The notes under the pieces: generated by a model | What the model was told of the DNA's origin: nothing | The model's input: the letters and a program-made list of their open reading frames with translations, nothing else | The model's database searches: none | Shown here: positions 11,241 through 20,918 of the stretch, one piece after another | How the letters are laid out: the number at the start of each line of letters is the position of its first letter | How positions within the stretch are numbered: position 1 is the stretch's first letter | Origin: Stramenopiles sp. TOSAG23-2 | Lineage: Eukaryota | Reading direction: 5' to 3' | Length of the DNA: 40,633 bases | NCBI GenBank assembly: GCA_900128395.1 | Contig: LT649308.1 | Span: 1 to 40,633, forward strand | Position numbers and translations under genes: made by a program

Positions 11241-11864
11241 ATGTACGAAGCGAAACAACATTTAAAATTTCAGGAAAAGTTCATATTAACTACTAAGAAA
11301 AGTGTACTTACGGAGGAACTTATGAAAGACTTAAGGAGTTATTACGATAATAGCCCACGGTCAGCACATTTGGGAAAACGACAAGAGGGCGAGAATAAAC
11401 ATTTACCTAGCTGTAGGATTGAAATAACAGATAAAAGAAGTAAAAAACTCGGTTTAGGAAAGTTACGAACGTTGTTACTAGATGCAATTCAAAAACAAAA
11501 TGTATTTAAAGAGCTTGGCTGGGGTAAGGATGTACGTTGTTTGTTTAAACGCTTTACAATCAGAAGGTATGACCCAATTAAAACAAAACACGACCGCGAT
11601 TCATGCGCGTATCATATTGATGGTTGCGATATTAGTTTTGTATTTTTCTTGGGTGGTGGTGGCTTTGAAGGTGGAAGTTTAATATTTGGCAAAGGAGATG
11701 ATAAAATATCTATGGCGGCAAATGAGCAAGAAGCGGGGACAATGCTTGTTTTTGAAGGATGCAAAGTTCAACACACTGTTCTACCAATTACAGGCGGTCA
11801 ACGGTATTCTATTGTCTTGTTTTGTGATAAAAGAGTCAATCGTAGTAAAAAACGAAAACGTTGA
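11241..11864 (+). CDS. 2-oxoglutarate/Fe(II)-dependent dioxygenase (prolyl/lysyl hydroxylase-like fold)
   Basis: RRY...HID (HxD), FEGGSLIF, GTMLVF, distal H in QHTVLPITGGQRYS (RxS 2OG-binding motif); basic C-terminal tail RSKKRKR. Confidence 0.85.
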   Translation: MYEAKQHLKFQEKFILTTKKSVLTEELMKDLRSYYDNSPRSAHLGKRQEGENKHLPSCRIEITDKRSKKLGLGKLRTLLLDAIQKQNVFKELGWGKDVRCLFKRFTIRRYDPIKTKHDRDSCAYHIDGCDISFVFFLGGGGFEGGSLIFGKGDDKISMAANEQEAGTMLVFEGCKVQHTVLPITGGQRYSIVLFCDKRVNRSKKRKR

Positions 11865-12545
11865 GTTGTATCATACAATGAATACTGTGTACATATATCA
11901 TACATACTATATATATATATATATAGTTTGAAATTTTTGGAAAGAAGAGGGAAAATGATTAAATCATTTTCATATCTATCATCATATGGTCATACGAAGA
12001 GTATGCTATGTTTTTCAACAATTAATACATACCACCCTTTGTTGTTTACATGTGTGTGTATGTGTTCTATTTCTGTACTGAAATTATGTTTATAATAATG
12101 ACTTATTTTTGATCGTGTAAATAAATTTTTTGAGAAGAAAAGAGAATTTAAAAGTGTGTCATAAAATTTGTAAAAAAAGAAAATTCAAAACAAAATGATA
12201 TTCGGATATGCATATGTCTTTTGGTAAAAAATTATTAAAGCAGACGGTCGTGCGAAGTCGTTTGATACGTACTTTTTTACCAGCAGAAGCGTTGTATATT
12301 CGGTAATTAATCGCACATAACACATTTATATTGATTTTACTGCTGAAAAAGTACGTGTGTGTATATATATATTATATATATTATAAAATATAATATAAAT
12401 GATGTGATACAAATTACTATAAATTCTTCTGGAGAGATTACGAAGTTCCGTGTAAATATAATATTTGGGAGAGTAAAAATTAAAAATAATGGAACATAAT
12501 ATGCATACTTGTATATTAATAATTATATATATTAATATCTTCATT

Positions 12546-14249
12546 TCAACTTTTAAATCCTTGTTTTAGTGCATCTTCAAAATCAAAACTCAGCGATGAT
12601 GCGTATAAGGTAGATTCAGGCCGCGTTACATTGCTTGTTGGCAATACCACACCTAAATGGTCAGATGTTAAAGTTTCGTGATTATTCAATGAAAATGGAC
12701 TTTCCAATGGTGCCAATCCATTCAAACTTCCTGGAGGAGATACTCCACTAGACCACGCAGAAGGTATTTGGTAGGACTCGGAACCAATAGACGATTTCGT
12801 GGATATAATACCTCCCGACGATGTGACTCCCATTGGGGTATACCCAGTTCTATCGCGTAATCTTGGACTTTGCCGTCTTAAAAGTCTTGCTTTTACACTA
12901 TGATCTATGTTGCTGTGCATATTGACACGGGATTGGATATAGTTTCCAACCATCCCAATACTGCTAGGAATACTCATACCTGGATCAAATTTTAAACCAA
13001 TTGGCGGATGATTACCAGTCGGAGTTGATCCTGGCGTCGTTGCATTATTATTTTCAATTTGTACAGATAGTCTTGCCACGCGTTTCGATTTGCTCTTGTT
13101 GTTATTCTTTGTAGCTCTTTTCGTTTTTTTCTTCATATTACGGTTACCCATGCCATTACTACTGCGTTTCTTTTTGCTCTTGCTACTAATAGTAGCAGAA
13201 AGAGTATTATTTTTATCATTACTGATGGTACTAATAGGACCTTTCTCTTTGTTCCTTCTATTATTTGCTTTCGAAAAATTCGTTTGTCTATCAGTTTTTT
13301 TCGAAGAATTCCCAGATGAAAATGCACCAGCACCATTAAGCCTTTGATGACAATTCAAATCTTCGTTGATATGATTTTGAATAAGTGTATCTAATTGTTG
13401 CAAAGATGACGTAGCATTCATTTTGCCATTCTTCCTCTTTGTCGTAGAGCCTTTTGAAGCAGATGGATCTTCATCCGGATCATCATCGTCTTCGCTATCG
13501 GAATGTCGAACTGTACTTATTAATGGTTGTATTTTTTTTTCATCCAATTTTTTACGTAATAAATCACGAAATGTATCTCCTTGGTTTTCAATAAAGGCAA
13601 CAAATGCACCAATATCACTTGCATCAGGTGCATTTACAATATTTTGCCCTTTAGATTGTAAATCTTGTATGACAGAGGAAGCTGCGCCAACATAATCCTT
13701 CATTTCATGAAGCGTAGCTGCTTTCCTTTGCCTTGCACGGCCTGGTTTACGGCTACGCCTGGCGGTTTTCTTTATTCTACCTAAATTTGCAACGCGATTT
13801 AATTTTCTAACAGTACGTCTCATAATACTGTACCAATGGTTTTTGATAGCATTATCAGTCCTGCCTGGAAGTAAGCTAGCAATCTCACACCATGAGTTTC
13901 CCAGCCGTTTCTGGGCCTCTTGCAATATCTTCTCTTCACTATCAGTCCACGGGCTTTTATTTATATGTGGATCTAAGTGATTATGCCATCTTTCCCTACA
14001 TTGCTTTCCTGTACGTTTTGATCTCACTTTACTTTTTTCTAATTCTTGACTAACAACAGTCCAATTTTTTGTACCGTGTTTTTCTACAAGCTCACATATC
14101 ATAGCATCTTCATCTTTTGTCCATGTTCTTCGAACATGTCGCTTATTTTCACTTTTACCTTTTTTACCTTTACTTTTTGGTTTGTTTTTAATAGTACTTT
14201 TTAAATTAGTATTACTTGACGTATTATTACCAGTAGAAATATTATTCAT
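12546..14249 (-). CDS. R2R3-type Myb transcription factor
   Basis: Two canonical Myb repeats: [21 protein letters not shown]...[16 protein letters not shown] and [41 protein letters not shown]. Confidence 0.95.
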   Translation of the reverse strand: MNNISTGNNTSSNTNLKSTIKNKPKSKGKKGKSENKRHVRRTWTKDEDAMICELVEKHGTKNWTVVSQELEKSKVRSKRTGKQCRERWHNHLDPHINKSPWTDSEEKILQEAQKRLGNSWCEIASLLPGRTDNAIKNHWYSIMRRTVRKLNRVANLGRIKKTARRSRKPGRARQRKAATLHEMKDYVGAASSVIQDLQSKGQNIVNAPDASDIGAFVAFIENQGDTFRDLLRKKLDEKKIQPLISTVRHSDSEDDDDPDEDPSASKGSTTKRKNGKMNATSSLQQLDTLIQNHINEDLNCHQRLNGAGAFSSGNSSKKTDRQTNFSKANNRRNKEKGPISTISNDKNNTLSATISSKSKKKRSSNGMGNRNMKKKTKRATKNNNKSKSKRVARLSVQIENNNATTPGSTPTGNHPPIGLKFDPGMSIPSSIGMVGNYIQSRVNMHSNIDHSVKARLLRRQSPRLRDRTGYTPMGVTSSGGIISTKSSIGSESYQIPSAWSSGVSPPGSLNGLAPLESPFSLNNHETLTSDHLGVVLPTSNVTRPESTLYASSLSFDFEDALKQGFKS

Positions 14250-14637
14250 TTTGTTGTTGTTTTTCTAAAGAAATGAAGATAAATACTTAAGTTGCAAATG
14301 ATTCTTATGATCTAGATATAATGATAAATCTCAATTCCACTAAATGGTTGTAAAATAATTATATTTATATATTTATATATATCCACGTATGATAATCACA
14401 CTTTATCAATATATTTCATCTAAAGCTTCGTCACTTATAAACATTATTTTTTTTATTTATTAATTATTAATTTCATTAATTAAAATAAATAAAATGATGA
14501 TTTTTTTATTCAATTTCCAGTATTTTCTGTTTTACATTTTTTCAAATAACACTACACAGCATTAGCTTACTGAGTTGTTTTTTTGGCGAGTATTGTTTTT
14601 GAAACCATATCTACTACGCGCAATGCTACGTGCCCTA

Positions 14638-14840
14638 CGCTCTAAATCGGTAAAAAAAAATGTACACTTAACAAATAACACTATTCACTATTGGAAAAAT
14701 TTAATGTATCGTTTTTTAAAATGCCAATTTTCATATATTTGTAAAAAATAGCAAATATCCGAAAATATAGAAAAAATGATGAATATTTCCCCCATAGTGA
14801 ATAGTGTTATAAGTGTACAGTTTTCTCACGGTTTTGAGGG
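14638..14840. mobile_element. Putative MITE (203 bp, imperfect terminal inverted repeats of about 60 bp, TA on both flanks)
   Basis: Left arm CGCTCTAAATCGGTAAAAAAAAATGTACACTTAACAAATAACACTATTCACTATTGGAAAAAT aligns to the reverse complement of the right arm CCCTCAAAACCGTGAGAAAACTGTACACTTATAACACTATTCACTATGGGGGAAAT. TA at 14636-14637 and 14841-14842. No ORF. Confidence 0.55.
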
Positions 14841-15686
14841 TAGCTTCAAATTCAAAAAATATTTTATATGATAATAGCACAATAGTATAGTATACAGTAT
14901 TAATACTAGACGACTACTAATATACGTCCTATTCCCCTTGTACGTAGATCTGAACATCTGAACATCTGAGTAGCTTCAAATTCAAAAAATATTTTATATG
15001 ATAATAGCACAATAGTATAGTATACAGTATTAATACTAGACGACTACTAATATACGTCCTATTCCCCTTGTACGTAGATCTGAACATCTGAACATCTGAA
15101 CAGATCAGGTACGTAGATCAACTAAAAACTACTTGGTACTATACTAGACTAAGATGGAAGAGGAGGGAGGAGGTAGTTTTAAACAACCCTCTTCTAAAAA
15201 AAGAAGATGATATATTTATCGATATATATATATTTATGCTATAACTAGTATTGCCAGACGACTGAATGGAAGAAGAAAAGTAGCTTCAAATTCAAAAAAT
15301 ATTTTATATGATAATAGCACAATAGTATAGTATAGTATTAATACTAGACGACTACTAATATACGTCCTATTCTCCCCTTGTACGTAGATCTGAACTAGAA
15401 CAGATCAGGTACGTAGATCAACTAAAAACTACTTGGTACTATACTAAGATGGAAGAGGAGGGAGGAGGTAGTTTTAAACCCTCTTCTAAAAAAAGAAGAT
15501 GATATATTTATCGATATATATATTTATGCTATAACTAGTATTGCCAGACGACTGAATGGAAGAAGAAAGAAAAATACATACATATATATGTATATATATA
15601 TATATTTATGCTATAACTAGTATTGCCAGACGACTGAATGGAAGAAGAAAGAAAAATACATACATATATATGTATATATATATATA
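14840..15686. repeat. Nested tandem duplication
   Basis: Units starting GTAGCTTCAAATTC at 14840 (130 bp, partial), 14970 (310 bp) and 15280 (about 290 bp), plus a further duplication of about 82 bp at roughly 15520-15686. Copies 2 and 3 differ mainly by small indels. Confidence 0.95.
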
Positions 15687-15772
15687 TTAAAGTACGAATT
15701 ATAATACACAAGCCTACGTAAACAACAACAACAATAATAATAATAACCCCCATCACCGTCTTCATCGTTAAT

Positions 15773-16468
15773 ATGAGTGCTCCATCTGAAACAGCATTTT
15801 GTAAACTTCACGGAAAACAAGAAAGTGGTGACGTTATTGTCAAATTTGTAAGGGCATATCCTGTCAAATTAGGTAGAACAAAAGAGCAGGAAGGTGAATA
15901 TGGACATATACAAATAGGTAGTAGCAAATCAATTTCACGAGTACATGCGGAGATTGATTGGAATGGAGAAAATAAATGTTTTGAAATCAAATGTCTTGGT
16001 AAAAATGGTATTACAGTTGATCAAATGTTATACAAACCAGATAATATCCCTGCAAAATTAAAACAAAATAGTGCAATAAAAATTGGTGGTTCAAGATTTT
16101 ATTTTTTACTTCCAAAACAAAAGCCAAAAATGCCTGTCATTGACATGCTCACAGAAGCAGCTAGAAAGCTTATCGAAGAAGACAAATCGCTAAAAGAGAA
16201 AGGATTTACTGTGAAAGAATTAGCAAAGTATGTCACTACTCGATACGATTATTATAATACAAAAGAACAAAAAAGTAGTTTTGAAAGGACGGCAAGAAAT
16301 CTTTTAGACAAACATGCAAAATCGAATGGTGATAAATTTAGTAAAAAGGATTCAAATACTGGAGGAGGAGGTAGAAAAGTGATACGCTTTGTATATAAAA
16401 TGCCAGGCGATACTACTACTAGTAGCAGTGGTAAAAAACGAGCAGCATCTGAAATTTCTAAAAGTTAA
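15773..16468 (+). CDS. FHA-domain protein with a C-terminal forkhead-like winged-helix region
   Basis: FHA motifs VKLGR, KSISRVHAEIDWN, FEIKCLGKNGITVD, LKQNSAIKIGG...FYFLLP, of the FoxK/Fkh1/plant FHA2 type. The C-terminal half aligns loosely to a forkhead domain. Confidence 0.85.
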   Translation: MSAPSETAFCKLHGKQESGDVIVKFVRAYPVKLGRTKEQEGEYGHIQIGSSKSISRVHAEIDWNGENKCFEIKCLGKNGITVDQMLYKPDNIPAKLKQNSAIKIGGSRFYFLLPKQKPKMPVIDMLTEAARKLIEEDKSLKEKGFTVKELAKYVTTRYDYYNTKEQKSSFERTARNLLDKHAKSNGDKFSKKDSNTGGGGRKVIRFVYKMPGDTTTSSSGKKRAASEISKS

Positions 16469-17032
16469 TAAAAAATGTTTAGATCATCAAGATATTGGCC
16501 ACCCAAGGTAGAATAAATACGATCGTATGATATAATATATGACATATATATGATATGGAGCTTGTTTTTATGTGTGTTGGTCTGTAAAACATTAAAAAAG
16601 AAATGGATGAGAGTCAGAAAGTGTGTTTATTTTAAAAAACGAGTGTCCGACAGGGGGGGTTGTAGGTTTGATTAATGTGCCTTTTCCCTTTCTGCCCACC
16701 ATGGTTGGGCAGGAAAATTTTTTGAATTTTAGAGTTGCCTTTTATAAAAATTTGTTTTATAATAAAAAATAAAAAAATCAATATATTTAATTTTTAAAAA
16801 AATTTTTTCCCTCTCTTCCTTTTTCTTTTTTTCCCCTTCTTCTTCTTTTTCTCTTCTCGCATCATGTTGTGTTCTTGTTAAAGAGAATACGCACGCGCCC
16901 TTGTTTCGTTCTTCTTTTACTAAACGTTTAAATGTTGATGATCCATCTCCAGCTGTAGCTGTTACTGTTTGACCAAAGTCACTACGTTTGCCAGGCCTTT
17001 TTGCCAAATCTTTGTGCCACTCTTTAACAATA

Positions 17033-19363
17033 TCATACACTCTCAATATATTCCTTCGTCTCTCTTTCCAACAATTTTAACCATTCATCATAACGATTTA
17101 AATATAATTGATAGCTTTGATCATTTTGTAACGATATTTCTGGAGCTGGATAAACGGAATTTACCCATTGTTCTAAATCAGCATTTGAATAATATATACG
17201 AAACATTAACAAATTTTCAATACTAGCAGCTTTTTCAAAAAAAGTTAATTGTGATAAACCATAAAACAATCGTATCAATGGTTCCAACGATCCTTTGTTA
17301 AAACTACTCCTTCGAGCGTCATCTAATTTTGCAATGGAGTTATGGACATTTTGCGATATTCGCTTGGTAAATTGTGTTATTAAATATATTAAAAAATCCA
17401 TCAACAAGTCTTTTAAATCATCTTTATTGTCAACATGTATGCTTCGCTCAATTGTTATTTTATGAGCCATCATCGAAAATGTATTATTAACATTTGTGTT
17501 CGAATATAGATCAAGCAAATCTTTTGCCACTTCAAAACGTTCTGTAAATACTCGCAAATGTTTTTCCACTTTTGAACTTTTCCTATTAAACATTGTATAT
17601 TCAAAAACGACTTGTACTGCAGGATTTGCAGACCATTTTTCCTGGAATCCATTTGAATCTACAAATTCAAAATTGATTGGAAATGACGTAGAACGATGAC
17701 AACGCCCATTAACCCATTGTTTCATATGATCAATTATGATGCCACGATCATAATATTCTGTCTCATCATCATTATAATTATACCCCATATTACTACCATT
17801 TATACGATGAAATGAACCCATTGGATATAATGATTCGGAATTTTGTATTTTAAATTTTGGCGTTGTTATAAGCGATAAACGTGATGAATATGCAAAATCT
17901 TTCAAAAACAGTTCATTTACGACTGAGTCAAATATTGTCGATGTTTCATGACTATCAATATTTTTTTTATTTTTATTGCCAATATTTACATCGTATGCAT
18001 CAAATTGTATGATAGAACCACCAGTCCATTCAATTAAAGGTGCAAAATGAAAACTAATTGATTCTTTTTGATCATTATCTACTATAACAAATGAATATGA
18101 TATTCCACGATCGACTAAATGGAATATTTCATCTTTTAATGTATTATTGCCAGCATACCATGTTGGCACCATATTATTTTGTTTGTCGCCGTTGTTTGCA
18201 ACGCTATTATTTAATGGGCTATGGTTATTTCCTGTGAAAATATTAACAGAAACACCTTCTATTGTAATAATATCATCAAAGCTATTGTTGTTGTTGTTGT
18301 TGTTGATATTATTATTAACATTACTTCTTTTTCTACTACTGGTGTTTCCACTAATAATATTGGCATTTTCATGTTGTTGTTGAGTATTTGTCTTTATTTT
18401 AATCATATCATTATTCTCATTATCATTACTTATATAATCACTTTGTGCTGTTGTAGAAAACGATTCGTTAATTGAATATATAAGACCATTAAATGCAAAT
18501 TGCATTTGGTTAAATTTTCCCCGTTTCTTTTCCCCATTGTTATTATTATCATATGACATCATTGGATTCAAATAATTCATCTTATTTTCTGAACGAATTG
18601 ATTTAATTGCACTTTTCAATTTTAATCTAGTCTCTTTATTTATACATATGGATAAATATTCAAATCCATTTACAAGTTCATATAATGGAACATTTGGAGC
18701 TATGTATGTTTTATTTGTCTCAGAAATTTGGCATATGGTTGTAAATATAATTTTTGGCATATTTTTACCACGTAAATCAAACAAACCAATTCTACTATAT
18801 GATAAAGTTAAGAGAGAAAAATACATACCATCAGGAATTTCGTTAATTGATTTGATTAAAATTTGTTTTGAAACGTCAAGGGATTCTTCAGGTAGTGTTA
18901 CATCAACAACTGCTGCATGAATAATACGATTTTGTACTTGTTTCGCACCGTGATTTTCATCTGAAACAACATAATCAACAAAATCATCTTTAATTTGCGG
19001 ATGTCTATATAGAGCTTGCCCATTATCAATTGAAGTCCATGTAAAACAAATTGAACAGTGCCATTGATGAGATTGGACTTTACAGTATGTATTTAAAAAT
19101 CCATTACAGTTTGGACATTGCAACGGTCGATATTTACAATAGTCTGCATTTGATTTATATTGACGGTATGAGCTGCTATTGGTTGTCGATTCAATATCGT
19201 TCAAATCAACAAATGGAGAAACCATAACTCCCCATGGTAATCCAGATTCATTTTTGTACTTTGGAGTTTTTGGAAACGATGTTACAGATGGGGAGAATAT
19301 ACTTTGAGTTACTTCATATTTTTCATAATTCAATGGTGAGGATGGTTTCACTATGGCAGCCAT
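17033..19363 (-). CDS. Sec23/Sec24-family protein (divergent, SEC23D-like)
   Basis: SGLPWGVMVSPF; zinc finger CPNCNGFLNTYC...WHCSIC; trunk IHAAVVDVT...FSLLTLSYSRIGLFDL; beta-barrel AVQVVFEYT...HLRVFT; helical region LEPLIRLFYGL...SVYP. Confidence 0.85.
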   Translation of the reverse strand: MAAIVKPSSPLNYEKYEVTQSIFSPSVTSFPKTPKYKNESGLPWGVMVSPFVDLNDIESTTNSSSYRQYKSNADYCKYRPLQCPNCNGFLNTYCKVQSHQWHCSICFTWTSIDNGQALYRHPQIKDDFVDYVVSDENHGAKQVQNRIIHAAVVDVTLPEESLDVSKQILIKSINEIPDGMYFSLLTLSYSRIGLFDLRGKNMPKIIFTTICQISETNKTYIAPNVPLYELVNGFEYLSICINKETRLKLKSAIKSIRSENKMNYLNPMMSYDNNNNGEKKRGKFNQMQFAFNGLIYSINESFSTTAQSDYISNDNENNDMIKIKTNTQQQHENANIISGNTSSRKRSNVNNNINNNNNNNSFDDIITIEGVSVNIFTGNNHSPLNNSVANNGDKQNNMVPTWYAGNNTLKDEIFHLVDRGISYSFVIVDNDQKESISFHFAPLIEWTGGSIIQFDAYDVNIGNKNKKNIDSHETSTIFDSVVNELFLKDFAYSSRLSLITTPKFKIQNSESLYPMGSFHRINGSNMGYNYNDDETEYYDRGIIIDHMKQWVNGRCHRSTSFPINFEFVDSNGFQEKWSANPAVQVVFEYTMFNRKSSKVEKHLRVFTERFEVAKDLLDLYSNTNVNNTFSMMAHKITIERSIHVDNKDDLKDLLMDFLIYLITQFTKRISQNVHNSIAKLDDARRSSFNKGSLEPLIRLFYGLSQLTFFEKAASIENLLMFRIYYSNADLEQWVNSVYPAPEISLQNDQSYQLYLNRYDEWLKLLERETKEYIESV

Positions 19364-19622
19364 ATTTAATATATATATGTGTGTGTATATATATATTGTG
19401 TTGTCTTTTGTGAATTAATGTGGTATGACTAAATAGAATAATGGTTGTAATTGTAATAGCCCATCGTTTTTCACATGTATTGTCTATATGTCGTATTATA
19501 CAGTATTAATAGTAGATTTTGATATATATAAGAATTTAAATTATTGCTTCGAAAAAAAGTCACTTTCCCTTAATACAAAGACTCCGCAAAGAAAAGTTAA
19601 ATCCAAATCCTTGCCCTTTTGA

Positions 19623-20918
19623 CTATCTCTCTTCTTGGCATTTTTGAACTAAAAATTGTGCTTGATGAATTTGTTCTATGGTACCATTGTATGTAACTGT
19701 TTGATGGCCACGCTTGCCTTTTACACGTACCTTGCAACCACTCTGCTCCTCTATATATTTTATTCGCGAGCCTTTTTTACCAATGATTCGACCAACATGT
19801 TCTTGTGGCACGCTGTCCGTGATAGTTAGTGTATTTGCCCTCCCACGCCCTCTTCCACGACCATTTCTATTATTTTGTCTATTGTTATTATTATTATTGT
19901 TGTTTTCTTCAGACATGTTGGAGAGATAAAAGTCGTGGCGGGGAATCACAGAATAGTTGCGAAGGTCCCTCTCCACGTGAGGGTACATTTTCCTTAGTGG
20001 TGGATGCAGCATGTCAAACCCAAATGTCATTTGCACGTGCAGTTCACGAATTTTTTCCGCCACGATCGCTTGTGTCGCAATAAAGTCGGGGTGGTGGTCG
20101 ACCTGAGCAAAGCTTCTGCCGGCGATTACAATCTTTCTTTGAAACGCATCAAATCCAGCCCGTTTGTAATCTTCTTGCACATTTAAAATGTGAACCACAG
20201 AAGTGTCAGTATTGCCACATCTAGTGCTACTCGTGCTACCATGCACTTCCTTAACACCACATCCAGATGAACCTAATATATTAACTTCCATGGCTGTTTC
20301 GTGTCTTCCTCTCTCGCATAATCTCTCAATGAACGATTCATACATGGCCATTCTTTCTTGATGTGGTGCCGGATCGTTGCCAAACACTCTGTTCCAATAC
20401 GCTGTGGTGGTAGGTGACGGCACATAGGGAAACATCAAGCAGACGTGAACCTTTGTATTAACGGCAGGATCCAAATTCATGGCGTGAAGCTGGAGTACCA
20501 CGTTCCACAAATTGGTTGTCATTTCTTCAAGGAAAACATCAACGTTGAGGTTGTGTTGCCCCTTCCTGAAGCGTTTATAGGGAAGATTAATATCGATGTC
20601 AGTTGAGCCAAACGTCAAGTACACCAAAGCGTTCTTGGCATGGCACTCGGAGACAGGGACCAATATGCGCTGCATATTAGCCTTCGTGTACAAACCACGT
20701 GCAGACCAGCCACTACGCCAGCCTACGCGGCGGTCGTGCCAAGTACGGTACCTGGGATCCTTGTGAAAGACGTAGTCCAAGACTTCGGCCTGAGAGTCAC
20801 CAAAACAGTACACAGCGACGTCATCGACGTTCTGCGATGCGTGCATTTCTTCACTAGTTAATGCGCGTTGCAACACTGGCTCCACTTCTTTTAATTTTCC
20901 TTGATTTTGTAGCATCAT
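19623..20918 (-). CDS. Chimeric protein: TPR remnant, SGNH/GDSL hydrolase-like domain, RG repeat and KH domain
   Basis: SGNH-like blocks YCFGDSQ, GWSARGL, TFGSTD, DHH; then GRGRGRGR and KH VPQEHVGRIIGKKGSRIKYIEEQSGCKVRV with intact GxxG. The N-terminus MLQNQGKLKEVEPVLQRAL is TPR-like. Confidence 0.7.
   Translation of the reverse strand: MMLQNQGKLKEVEPVLQRALTSEEMHASQNVDDVAVYCFGDSQAEVLDYVFHKDPRYRTWHDRRVGWRSGWSARGLYTKANMQRILVPVSECHAKNALVYLTFGSTDIDINLPYKRFRKGQHNLNVDVFLEEMTTNLWNVVLQLHAMNLDPAVNTKVHVCLMFPYVPSPTTTAYWNRVFGNDPAPHQERMAMYESFIERLCERGRHETAMEVNILGSSGCGVKEVHGSTSSTRCGNTDTSVVHILNVQEDYKRAGFDAFQRKIVIAGRSFAQVDHHPDFIATQAIVAEKIRELHVQMTFGFDMLHPPLRKMYPHVERDLRNYSVIPRHDFYLSNMSEENNNNNNNNRQNNRNGRGRGRGRANTLTITDSVPQEHVGRIIGKKGSRIKYIEEQSGCKVRVKGKRGHQTVTYNGTIEQIHQAQFLVQKCQEER

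Noticed and set aside
14840-15686. Repeated units as a CRISPR array
   Set aside because: Units are 80-310 bp duplications without unique spacers; there are no cas genes and the context is eukaryotic.
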